Of a DNA stretch of 64,000 nt, positions 27,308-39,856 are shown one piece after another (position 1 is the stretch's first letter; each line of letters starts with the position of its first letter). The position numbers were made by a program, and so were the translations under genes. The stretch is from Paragordius varius (taxonomy: Eukaryota; Animalia; Nematomorpha): NCBI GenBank assembly GCA_964247055.1, contig OZ176055.1, positions 3,534,001-3,598,000 of the forward strand, in the 5' to 3' direction. The notes beneath the pieces are model-generated. The model was given only the letters and a program-made list of their open reading frames with translations, was not told the origin of the DNA and did not search any database.

Positions 27308-30300
27308 ATGACACTATCGTCTTCAGTCGTGCAAATGCACAGTAAAAAAAGAATTAGTTATTATTACGACAGTAAGTTTGACTTATTAATTTTTAGATGA
27401 CGTTGGAAATTATTATTATGGACAGGGTCACCCAATGAAACCGCATAGGATAAGAATGGCACATAATTTAGTACTTAATTACGGGCTTTATCGAAAAATG
27501 GAAATTTACGTATTTTTTTTAGTTATATACTATATAGCGGCCTCATAAAGCATCTATGGATGAAATTACTCGTTATCATAGTGATGATTACGTTAAATTT
27601 TTAAAGGGGATCCGTCCAGATAATATATCGGATTTTTCCAAACAAATGCAAAGATGTAAGTTTTTGTAATCATAAACTTTATAATCAATATTTAATATAT
27701 ATATGTCTTTTTTACTTTTATCATATTCAATTTTTTCAAACGTAACATATATTAATAAAATCAATAATTTTTACATGTTTATAAATAATTTCAAAATTTC
27801 TCGGATATTTTTAGTCAATGTCGGTGAAGATTGTCCTGTTTTTGATGGACTTTATGAGTTTTGCCAAATATCTACGGGGGGAACTATTGCTGCGGCCGTT
27901 AAACTCAATAAAAAGATGTGTGACATTGCTATAAATTGGTCCGGCGGTTTGCATCATGCCAAAAAGAGTGAAGCGTCTGGTTTCTGTTACACCAATGATA
28001 TAGTGTTGGGAATCCTGGAATTATTAAAGTTAGTATTTACACTGATACCTCCAACTTTTTTCTCATTAATGAGCCTATTTTTTTAACTAAAGCTTATAAA
28101 CTAATTAGCTCATGCGGTTGATTATTCGCTTTTCCGTTTCTAAATATGGCCTACTTTGTTAGTTTTAATCGTTTAAAGCCACTATAATATATGAATTTTT
28201 TCACAATTATGGTTCTTATGCAGATTTTATCGTATATAATAGGGTATTTGACCGGTTTAAAATTAATTATTTTGACTTAAAAATGAATATATTATAAAAG
28301 ATAACTAATTTTTCGAAATTATTTATATAAAACAAAACAAATTATTAGAATATTTTCTTTAGACATAGCTAACTTTCTTGAAACGCATCAGAAAATCTAT
28401 TTACACTAACTGCAATATTAAATGCATTACATAGATATCATCAACGAGTGTTGTACGTCGACATTGATATCCATCACGGGGATGGGGTTGAGGAAGCCTT
28501 TTACACAACGGATCGCGTTATGACAGCTTCATTCCACAAGTATGGAGAATACTTTCCTGGCACAGGTGATCTCAGAGACATTGGAGCAGGTCGGGGCAAA
28601 TATTATGCCCTTAACTTTCCGCTCCGCGATGGCATAGATGATAAGTACTATCAAACGGTGTTTCAACCTGTGAGTAGTTTTTCTTATGGTTTTGATTAAT
28701 TATTACATTACAAAAGGTGTTTTATCGGTGTATTTGGGTCTAAAATGTAACGTTTTCTGCGGTGAATTTGCGGGTATAAATTTATCATTTGGGTAAAAAA
28801 GCATTTGTTCAGCTAAAAAATTTAGAGATTGTGGTTTTTTGTTCAGGATAAATGCCAAGTACCATAGTACTATCAAACGTTTTTACCTATGAGTAACTTT
28901 TTGATGGTTATTTGATTGATATGCTTGATAATTTAATATTGGGTGTATTTGGGTTTTAAATGTAACTTTTTTGCTGGGAATTCGGTTATAAATTTAATAT
29001 TGGTGAAAATTATATTTTTTGTATCATTTTTTGGGGCAAAAGTATTAGAGATTCTGGTCATTTTGTTAAGGATGATATAGATGATAAGTATTATCAAACG
29101 GTGTTTCAACCTGAAAGTAGTCTTTCTTAGGTTGTTTAGATATTTTGTTTTAATAGTGTATTTGGGTTTTAAAAATTCATTAAGGGCGCTGATTTCGGAG
29201 TTAGGGTTATATACTTTAATGCAAATTTGTTTTTGGTGAACATTTGAGTTTTTTAGAAATATGTAAAAACCGATTCATTTATCGAAATTAATTATTAATA
29301 TGTGTTATGTTACGTTTGTGCCGGAAATTTGAATTATATTTTTTGTGCTATTTTGGGTCGAAAAAATATTTGAACTGAAATCCTATAATTTTTATTGGTC
29401 GATGTTGAGGTTTTATTGTTTAGATTGGCATATATGATAAGTATTATCAAACAGTGTTTAAACATGTAAAATACTTTTTTTTGATTGATTTGAATTTAAT
29501 TTAGATGCATACTGACTGAAATTTATAATTTAGTAAAAATATCACCTTGGAGTGTGGTTTGTTTTTCAAATTTTGGATCCAGCTAACAACGTTTGTAGAG
29601 TATTTTTGTAAAAAAAATTATTTTATGTAGGCTATAAAATATTAATTAAATAATCACTAAATTTTATTGATTTTTAGGTTATTTATGCCAATAATTGTTA
29701 TTTAAAATTGTCAATTATTTTTTTACTTTACTAATTAATTTTAGAGTAAAAAAAATAAAATAAGTTAAATTCTCGCAAAACTCATATATTTAAAATTTTC
29801 GATACATGGGAGTATCTTTTTCAAATGGATTAAGTAAAGCAAATTTTTAATATTTTTGAGAATTAAGGGATTATACTCGTATAATTGATAAGTATAGAGA
29901 ATTATCCCTATTGTAAAATATACTCTACCCTATATCCAAAGTTTTGAAAACCAGTTTAAAATTACTTTTAATTAGTATTCTATATACATTATGTACTCGT
30001 TCGCGTTGACAAAATATATTTTATTATACCCTCCTATTTCCCAGGTTATAACCAAAGTTGTTGAAATGTATCAACCTGGTGCCATTGTTTTGCAATGTGG
30101 GGCCGATAGTTTGACGGGCGATCGTTTAGGATGCTTTAATTTAACGCTCAAGGGTAGGCTTGTTTTAAAATTTTAACAACCTTTTTTCCAAAAAAAACAG
30201 TGAAAAACTATATTTTTCAGCCCAAAAGTCAAATCTTTTAATTTGGTATATAGTAAATGAATTTTTTTTAGCTTATACCGGTGAATTTAAACGATAATTA

Positions 30301-32505
30301 ACAATTTTATGGCTTTTTCAGTCATTAATATATGGCCTTTTACCCTAAATTCTCTAGTAGTGTTTATGATGATACTCTTTTGAACAAAGTTGATAAAATT
30401 TATATAAGTTTAGTTTATTCTTAATTTGCTTTTATCATCGTCTCTCCATTTAAACCAATTTTGAAAATCCAAATCAATCGTTTTTAATAAAATGGGCAAA
30501 AATGTTATTAATTATTTTAAACTCTACTGTTTTTAGGACACGGGAAATGTGTGGAATTTATGAAAACGTTTAATTTGCCCCTTTTAATGCTTGGGGGTGG
30601 CGGATATACAATACGTAATGTAGCTCGATGTTGGACACATGAAACCTCTATAGCTTGTGATACTGAAATCGCAAATGGTTTATTTTATTTTTTTTGTGGA
30701 ATTTTTTTATAAAAATTAAATTTGTGTAAAATAATACTAGAAAATTATTAGGATATTATTTGTAAATAAGTTATTAAAATGAATTTGTACCTTGTCTGAC
30801 TTTATGTTTATTAAATTAATTTTTTTTTCAAAAGAGTAAAATATTAATATTGAATTTAAAATAATATAAAAATAAAATGTTTGTTTAATCCTTATTCATC
30901 CATAAAAAGTTTTTTTAAAATTAATCATTATTTTTAGTGCTTTTTTTGAAAATTAGGATATTTTATATCTTTTTAAATTGGGATTTTATTCATCGAAAGT
31001 TTGTATAATTAATTTAATGGATAGCTTTTTCAAATATAAGTTTAACACAAAAATTGATAACCCTGTTTGTGTGTGATGTTTTTTACTTAGATTTACCCTA
31101 CAATGATTATTTCGAATATTTTGGTCCCGATTTTAAATTGCACATTAGCCCTTCCAATATGACGAATCAGAATACCATGGAATATTTAGATAGAATTAAG
31201 GTTTTTTCTAATCTGATTTTGCTTTTTTTAACTAAATCTTTTTTATTTTTTATTGATTATTTTTAATTATAACATTACTCAAATTCACCCTAAAATAAAT
31301 TTTTTTCTTTTTTTTCAATTATAATAATTAATGAAATTTTTTGTTGATATTTTTAGTAACTGAGTTTTATAAAAATTGAAATAATACACAAAAATGATAA
31401 ATTATGCCACAGATATATATTTTTTTATCAATAATGAGTTAAATTAGTCCAGGCACACATGATATATCATAAGGGCGAATATATAAAATGCTCAAGGGTG
31501 AATTTAAGGTGTAAGTGGTATATTAATGGTTAATTTATTAACTTTTTATATCAGTATTGTTTTAAGCGCTTAATATAAATATATTTGTCAATTATATGGA
31601 TTTTAAAAATATTCTTTTCAGTGAATTATTTTTAAAAATTTAATTATTATTGATTATTTTTTTAGGTAAAATTATTTGAAAATTTAAGAATGTTGCCTCA
31701 TGCGCCTGGAGTACAGATGCAAGGTAAAATTTGTTAAAATACTTAATTTAATTACTAGAATATATATTATTTTGTTATTTTATTTTTAATGTGATCAACT
31801 GTATATTTCAATATAATATATTATATTTGCTAACAAAATTTTTCAATTTTTTCAATTTATTTAGTTAAATTTTTATATAAACGAATATTGTTACAAAAAT
31901 TTTTATTTGGTAATTTTTAGCGATCCCAGAAGATGGTATAGATAATGTTGATGGAGAGGAAGGGAATGAGGATAAAAACGGCGAAGATGAGCCTAGAATC
32001 TCAAGTGCGACTTTTTTGATTTTGGTTAATAAAATATAGAATTTCTTTTTTTTATGTTAAAGGGTAAGGATTTAGATTGTATGAGTTGTGAAAGCTTTAA
32101 CATACACCACCTACCTGACAGGGCTGACATTTATTATGAAAAAAATTTTTTTTAGGTTTTGTTTTATGCAAAATATATAAACATTTTATATTCGAAATGC
32201 CAATAATTATTATGATTAAAATGATCCGCCTAACGAATAATACTCTTTCATAAAACGTATGCATAAACTGCATTAAACGATACACTCATGTTAATCATGC
32301 ATTTTTTGATATTAAAATTATGTTTTCAACACCGTTGAAATTGCATATAACTGAATCAAAATATAATATTATTAAATATTTCGAGAATATTAATGATATA
32401 TTTTTTGAAAAATGGAATTTAAATTATATTTTTTTTAAAAAAATATTTCCATTTAAGACACAAAAATACGAATAAAGTCCTGTATTTTATCCATAGGGGT
32501 TGGAG

Positions 32506-32557
<52 letters not shown>

Positions 32558-35028
32558 TTTATGTTATTAAAATGTTTTTACACCGAAAATAATATATCAA
32601 ATTTCACTTTTTGAATATATAATCTCTACTATTTTTAGTATTTTCAAGTGACAAACGTGTCGCAAAAGACGAAGAATTTTATGATAGTGATGAGGACGTT
32701 TTAAATAATCCTGAAATAACGCGGGAAACGCGACAAGCACTCCGACAATCTCAAAATGCCCCAAAAACTGCACAATCTGATCTCACTTACAACAACAATA
32801 ACATTACAGTAAAATTCAAAACTATAACAAGAAATATTGATAATTGTAAATTTTTAGTAAAAAAGATATTGTCATGTGTCGAAAATTTCGGAGATAGTAT
32901 AGTTTTAGATAAATTTTACGAAAATTTTATATATTATAATTTAATATTTGTTAAAAGTAAAATATTTTTATTTTTTCACACGAAGATAACCATATATATA
33001 TATAATATATAAATGCCTTATATTTTCAATAAAATCAATTATATATACAATTTAGTGTACCAAATTAATCTCTTCTTATTTTACTAACTCAAAACATTAA
33101 GTTATACTAAATAAATATATCAAACCTTGCTACACTTTTTTTCTTTACAAACAAATAGGTCATTATATTTATGTTTAGTCCGTTATAATATTAATTTTAA
33201 CATGAATAAAGGTTCAAGAAATGGGATTGGAACCTAATGAATCCACAAAAAAGACAACAACTGACTCATTGCTTAAAAATGGTCTTGAATTAGAATTACA
33301 ACAAGTCGAAATGACCATTGAAAACAGCGAACAACAAATAACCACTAAATCAGACGTTGGCCCCAAAGAAATTTTCGGTTTAGATGCGGATATTGCTGAT
33401 GATAAAAATATTCTAGAAAATACTAATTCTAATATTCAACAAAACATTGAAACTACTGAGGAGGTAATTGGGATAGAATCAACGCAAGTTTTAACGGATA
33501 ATAAGGAAACCGTGATCGAAAAAACGGAAATAATTGAGTAAGCGCTTTTTTTAAAATAATACTTTTTTTACGATAAAAACGCTTTTGGTGAGCTTATAAT
33601 TTGTGCTAAATTTAAATAAATATTATTCTTAAAAATATTCGTTAAAAACTCAAAAGTGAAAAAATAAGAGTTTTTGATTTTATTATCTGTATAAATAAAT
33701 AATTATCATTAGCTTAACTTTAATCTATTCAATAATACAGTAAAAGACAGGCAAAATTAAGGTTGAAAAAAGTATGGTTGTCTTTTAAAAAAATATTCGT
33801 TTTTATGTTTTTACTTTTCTCAATAATTTCAAATTTTATTGTATTATTAAAAATTAAATTAGAAAAGAATTTTTCGGGCCTTTTGATTCGTGTATTGTAA
33901 GATAATTAATTATAAAACAATGGAAAATTTTTGATGGTTCCAACGCTATTTTTTCCTAAGATGCTCCAATTGTTTTTAACTCTTATTTTGCTGCTTTTTT
34001 TGCATATTTTGATAAATTATTTTGACAATTGAAAGATTTTATTTATTAGTTTTAAATTCCTAAATTATATTATAATTTATATTTTGTAGATTTTCGGACA
34101 AAGATATGATATCAAACATTTCCGCTGAAGCTTTATCTAAATCGGAAAATGAAACTTTTAAACAGGTACTACCTTTTTGAAATTTTAATTTTTTAATGCT
34201 ATTATTTTTTATATAAAAATACCAAACTATATTTTTTCTTAATTTTAATTAGATCTCAACAGATTTAATGGTAAAGAAAGATGACGTGCATCCTGAAAAA
34301 AGTAATTCAAATTTACATACAATAAAAATGAAATTATAGGGACAAAACTTAAAAACTTATAGACAATTTTTTTTTAAATCTTAATATTTTCTACATAATC
34401 TAAATCAGGGATGTCCAACACAAATGGCTTCGCGGGCCGGATTTAAAACCGGCTGTCACATATGAAAGGGCATTTTTCAATCATTAGACAAAAAAATATA
34501 TAACTACGTTTTTCTTAGTTTGTTCCTAATGTAGAAAATAATTTCAAATATATGAATTTAATATGATTATATAAACATATTTTTCGAAGGTGGGCCTTGT
34601 GTCGGACATCCCTGACTTAAATGATTACGATAGTAAAATATAATATTTAGTGTAAAACAAGCTACAACGCTTTCTTCTTATATTACAATTCAAGAAGATT
34701 TAAAAAAATTTGATTGACTTTTTTTAAAAACCCGTTTTTTATTTTACGTATTGCTTTTATAATTTCAATTTTTACTGTAAAATCTATTTTACGACCATAA
34801 TTTATTTTTACAATTTCACAATAATTTAAGGAACCAAATCAGACTCCAGTCAAAATAGTCCTTCTGGGCAAGATGCTAAAAAGATGAAAGTTGATAAGGG
34901 TATAATTTAACATATATTCTTACCTTTCAAAAAATTGTGATATTTATACGTATTTTTTACACTGACCGATCTTATAATCATTTTTGTGTTTAGATGAAAA
35001 TGTTTTGACTCAAACACAAGATGCTTAA
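27308..35028 (+). CDS. HDAC1: Class I histone deacetylase (HDAC1/2, Rpd3), about 14 exons, with extended acidic tail
   Basis: YYYD|[139 protein letters not shown]. Catalytic His/Asp/Tyr residues are intact. Introns of 25 nt (27372-27396) and 28 nt (27510-27537). Tail exons are less certain. Confidence 0.95.
28628..29470 (+). repeat. Four-copy tandem duplication of the HDAC1 exon 3' end plus donor plus intron start (spacing 222, 221 and 353 bp)
   Basis: agta(c/t)tatcaaac(g/a) anchors at 28644, 28866, 29087 and 29440; the first three are each followed by similar ...gtgtatttgggt(c/t)t... intron sequence. Confidence 0.85.
32510..32551. repeat. (TA)n microsatellite
   Basis: About 20 TA units. 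Confidence 0.95.
33738..33841. mobile_element. Internally deleted MITE family A copy
   Basis: ta|cagtaaaa start followed by the right arm aaaaagtatggttgtc...aataatttcaaattttattg|ta. Confidence 0.6.
34320..34777. mobile_element. MITE family A copy interrupted by a hAT MITE
   Basis: Left arm aataaaaatgaaattatagggacaaaac; right arm ataatttcaatttttactg|ta. Confidence 0.7.
34406..34614. mobile_element. hAT MITE family E (CAGGG(A/G)TGTCC TIR, GGCCCGCG subterminal motif)
   Basis: cagggatgtccaacaca...tgtgtcggacatccctg; imperfect 8-bp TSD atctaaat/acttaaat. Confidence 0.85.
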
Positions 35029-35932
35029 ATGTGATATGCAAAATTTTCGATAGTTTCAGATATATTTCATTGCATTTTTTACATAATAAAAATATTTTTA
35101 GTGATATTTTGATGTTGTCTCTTTTATCTATATTTATATGTTATATAAATTTTGACTAAAAAAGTTTATGCTTTTTTATGTTACAATAACAGCCATATTA
35201 TCGGTTAATGGGTGTGTTTATTTGTTAAGTAAGAAATAACGAATAAAGTTATACTTATTTTTGCGTTTACTTTTTTTATCAAATAAAAAGATCCATGTAA
35301 CCAATAATATGGCTCTTTACCATATTTTATAGCCATATATATTACATTATATGTATAGTTTGTTGTACATATTAGTTGCCACTATATAAACACACACACA
35401 CACATATATATCAAATACAGTATAATAATTTATAAATTTTAATAATTATATTTATTTACAATAATTGTTGTTGATAATGGGATCATATGAGCAGCACTAA
35501 ATATCGGTTGTGTATTCATAAAATGTTAAAAAGTATTTATAAGTTTGTGTAATTAAAATTTTTGGTCACAATATTTTCGGACTAGAGTTGAAAAAATGGC
35601 ATTATACAGTATCGAAAGCTTTCATTGGCCATTTCGGATTTTGATTAGCTGAAGAATTTAATTTTAATGTCTGTTGTAATGTATAAAATTTTTCATATTA
35701 TTTGTAATATATTTAATAATTGAACTCTCCACAATTTTAAAAAATGTTTCTAATAAAAATGAAAAATTTATGCATGGCAATTAAATTAAACCACTTTAGC
35801 TAATAAAATACTAAATTGGCATATAAGAGCTTACTGTATTTCAGCATGATAGAGATAGCTGGATGTATAGTAAGTAAAAATTTGTAACAATAAAAATTAT
35901 CACAAAGAATAAAATATAATAATAATATGTGT

Positions 35933-38900
35933 TTAATTTTTGACATAAATGCATTTGTTTGAGTTGAGTAATGGCAAGTCAGGGAAATCATTTATAAAAT
36001 CCATATTAGGTGTCATAATTTTACGATTATTGCTGGTAGAATGGTTTGCGTTCAATCGCTCCGCCAATATAGCTTTATGCAAAAATTTAATTTTATCATT
36101 GATTGAAGAAGGTAATGTTGTATTATTATTATTATTATTAGTCATATGTGAATGATCCAAAAATGCTAAATATTCCTGCAAATAAGCCCGGTTTATTATA
36201 TCATCGAAGGCTTGATCCAACAATACTTTTTCTTGGAAACCTGAAACATTGTTCCTAAGTAAGGAGCTTAAATAATTGTATTCATTATAATTCAATACAG
36301 GCACGGATGTGTTTAGTAAATCCGTTTTTGTTGAAGAATTACTAACTTTCATAAGAATGGGGCTTTTAACCGTTATTTCACTGACCATCATATTAAACGC
36401 TAAATCTTCGGCTAATGTTGAACCTTTCGAACCATAATATTCGGTCATGAGATGCGTTGTTGGTGATAATTCGTTTGTGTAATAATAATTGTAATACCTA
36501 GTTACATAAACATATATCATACATTTAAGTGTGATTGATCCATTCTAATTTTCAATTACATTAGGCATTTTAATGGTTGTTTATATCACACTACAGTTGG
36601 GCAATTTGCAACACAGTAGTGTGTCGAAAAAACAACGAAATGTTGAATAAACATTTCCTTTCTTTTTCCATACTCTAAGTGTGAAATTGTTCAACTATAG
36701 TGTGAAATAAGCAACCATTAAAATGCATAGTTTATGTCAATTGTCTTAGTATTTTGGAATGTTTCATTGAATCGGCATAACCTGTACTAGTAATTATCTC
36801 GATGCATTTAAAATAAAGCATAATTTTCGTACAATCACATTTAAACCAAAACTCAAGGGCTTGGCAAAAAGCTTAGTACATTTAACGTGTATAATAATGC
36901 AAATATGAAGTAGGTTAAATCTTAAATGTACCAAATTCGACTGGGCCCCTCAATAATTAATCATATAAAAGGATTAATCGATATATTTAAAATTTATACT
37001 TGTGATACATAATAGCATGGGTATTCATTATACTATAGGGGGAACATTCAATCGATTTCATCTCCATATATTTATCATTATGTGTTTGGCGATTGATGGT
37101 GTTAAATAAGCGAAGTAAAAAGAAAGTTAGGACAGAGTTGTCAGATGAGGGCTTGTTACTTTGAAAAAGATCATTATTGCAATAATCATAGCTACTATAC
37201 CTATTATTGTAAATGTAATTGTTCACGTCTTCGAATTTAGGCATATATTGAATTATGGGAAAATTATCATTGCCATTGTTAATTGATTCAGGTCGGGAAT
37301 TTATTGGTTTCATAGCATGGGTGTAGGCTTGAAATCCTACAATACTTTCAGGTGACAGTTTCCAAACCTCAAAAGCAGCGTCCATTTCACGAGCTCCAAT
37401 ATGTTCCACAAATTCATCAATGTGAAATATGGCATCCGTCACACTTTTATCCCTGTACACTGAGGGTTCATAAAAAAATTTGGCTTTTGCCCGATTTTTG
37501 GGGTCATTAGATTGAAAACGTATATGTGATGTTGGGATAGGATATCTATTTCGGCCCATCATATTAAACCATTTAAAGTAGGAGGAAGAGGGTTTAGGAT
37601 GGTGACGTACAAATTGTTGGAAAAATGAATCATTAAAAACGGTGGCTGGATTAAATTGTGACCAAGATGTGGCCCATATAAAAACAATGTGTGAAACATG
37701 CAAAGATTTATAACATTCCCCAATGATACGTAATATGTTTGGAGGCATGGTGGTAATAGAATTATTATTGTGAGAAGGAAAAGATTTTTCCGTTATCAAT
37801 ATACTCACGGTGTAAGTTGGGACGAATTTAAAGTCAGGCACCAAATTACTATAGAAAGGGAAATCACGAATCAGCTTAGAAAACTCAAATTTGACATTAA
37901 GCGCTCCAGGATGTGTGTTCCATACCATAGCGGGCCGTTCATATTCATAATGTATGCGATCTTTGATAATCTATTTGCAGTCATGGATAATATAAATAAA
38001 TGAATAACATATTAATGTACAAACAGTTTTGTATTCAATATAAAATAAATTATCCTATTAAGCATATATATATATATAACATTTAAATAATAAAGTAACT
38101 AAAATCAACTTTTAAATAGTTTAATGAATCGAAATATTAATATATGTTTTTAAAAACCTCTTTATTCATTGCAATATATCAAATTAACAAAATAAGCTTT
38201 CATATCTTATAATTAAATAATTAATAAAATTGTCCGCAAAATTCGATAAAAACAACCAAAAAATCATAATTGGATATTGTTTACGCTTAAGTATTATTGT
38301 ATTAATATTGAGATTATAATTCAGCTATTATTAAATGAAACTATTAAAATAAATTCTGTATGTTTGACAAAAATACTAGCAGTCGATAAGTGTTATTGTA
38401 TTAATATCAGGATTATAATTCAGCTATTATTAAATGAAACTATAAAAATAAATTTTGTATGTTTGATAAAGATAATTTGTGGTCAAAAATTAACTTTAAT
38501 AAATTCATTCAAATTAAAATCCCAATATTAAAATGATAATTATATATAATAAAAATAAAAACAAACCTCCAAAACAGTATCAATAATGCGACGAAATGAA
38601 GAAAAGTAATTGTGATAAATGACCCTTACACGTTGCTGCATACCCTCGATCTCTGCATCGGTCATGCCATACAAGTGTTCAATCAACTAATTGATTGAAA
38701 AAAAATAAAATTAATATAAACAAAAAAAACTATTTCATGGAGAATATCATATTATTAAACCTTAATACTTTTAAAGCTTATCGTTTTAAATTAGGGGTGT
38801 CCAACATAAGGCGGCCGCAAAATTTGAAATTCGAAATGTGCTAAATTATGCTCATAAAATCTTGTTAAAATTGACATTTCTCCAATCAAATTTTCTGAGA

Positions 38901-39822
38901 AGTCTACAATTGGCAACGACTTATGTTTGAAATCTAACAAAATATTTATAATGCCTACATTATGTTTCAAATGTGGCCCTCGAAGCTATTCGTGTTGGAC
39001 AACACCCCTGTTTGATGTAAAATGAGAAATAGAGATCAATTAACTCACCTATATCAAAGGTTGTATTCAGATTAACTAAAAATATATATCAAAGTTTTAT
39101 TTTATGTTTTGCCTATAATAATAATTGTTTGGATATAATTTTGTATAAATTCTCATAATTTTTAGGGTGTTTATACAAACAATAATTTTGAAATCAATTT
39201 TGGCTTAAATTCAAAATTTTGTTCATATTCAATTTGTGGACACGATTTTGTATTTTTTGTGTATTTTGTAACTGTAGCCAACTTATAAACCTATATATAT
39301 ATACCATATTTCATGTAAAAACATCATTTTTTCAAGCAAACGCACATTTTTTTAAAGCAAACGCAACATTTCAACCAAATGCAACATTTTTTCAACCAAA
39401 TACAACATTTTTTCATCCAAACGCAACATTTTTACAACCAAAGACAACATTTTCAAGCAAAAACAACACTTTTTTTAATATTACAAGAATTACTATTTAT
39501 TGTTAATTATAAATTATTTATTAAATTTAAGTTAATGTAATTTATTTTTAGCGTTGAAATATAATTTTTATCGTTTTACCATGAATATTTGATGGTAAAA
39601 TTAATTTTCAAACATTTTGATTTTGCCCATAAATTGCCGTATTTATTTATATAAATATATATAATACAGTATGGTAAGTATACAAGCTAGTTTGTCATTA
39701 AATACTAAATATACCTATGCAGCAAAGGTAAGCATTATTAACTTAGAGTTTGGATTTTTATACCCAATAATAATAAATCTTTTCACTGCATACGTTAGGC
39801 ACTATTTCATGGAAAACTAGCA

Positions 39823-39856
<34 letters not shown>

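Noticed and set aside
38277-38531. ORF with an internal 33-aa repeat
   Set aside because: Explained by the 99-bp intronic tandem duplication.
39219-39506. ORF encoding FFQPNAT repeats
   Set aside because: By-product of a 21-bp minisatellite antisense in an EXT1 intron; the track start is not an ATG and the composition is non-coding.
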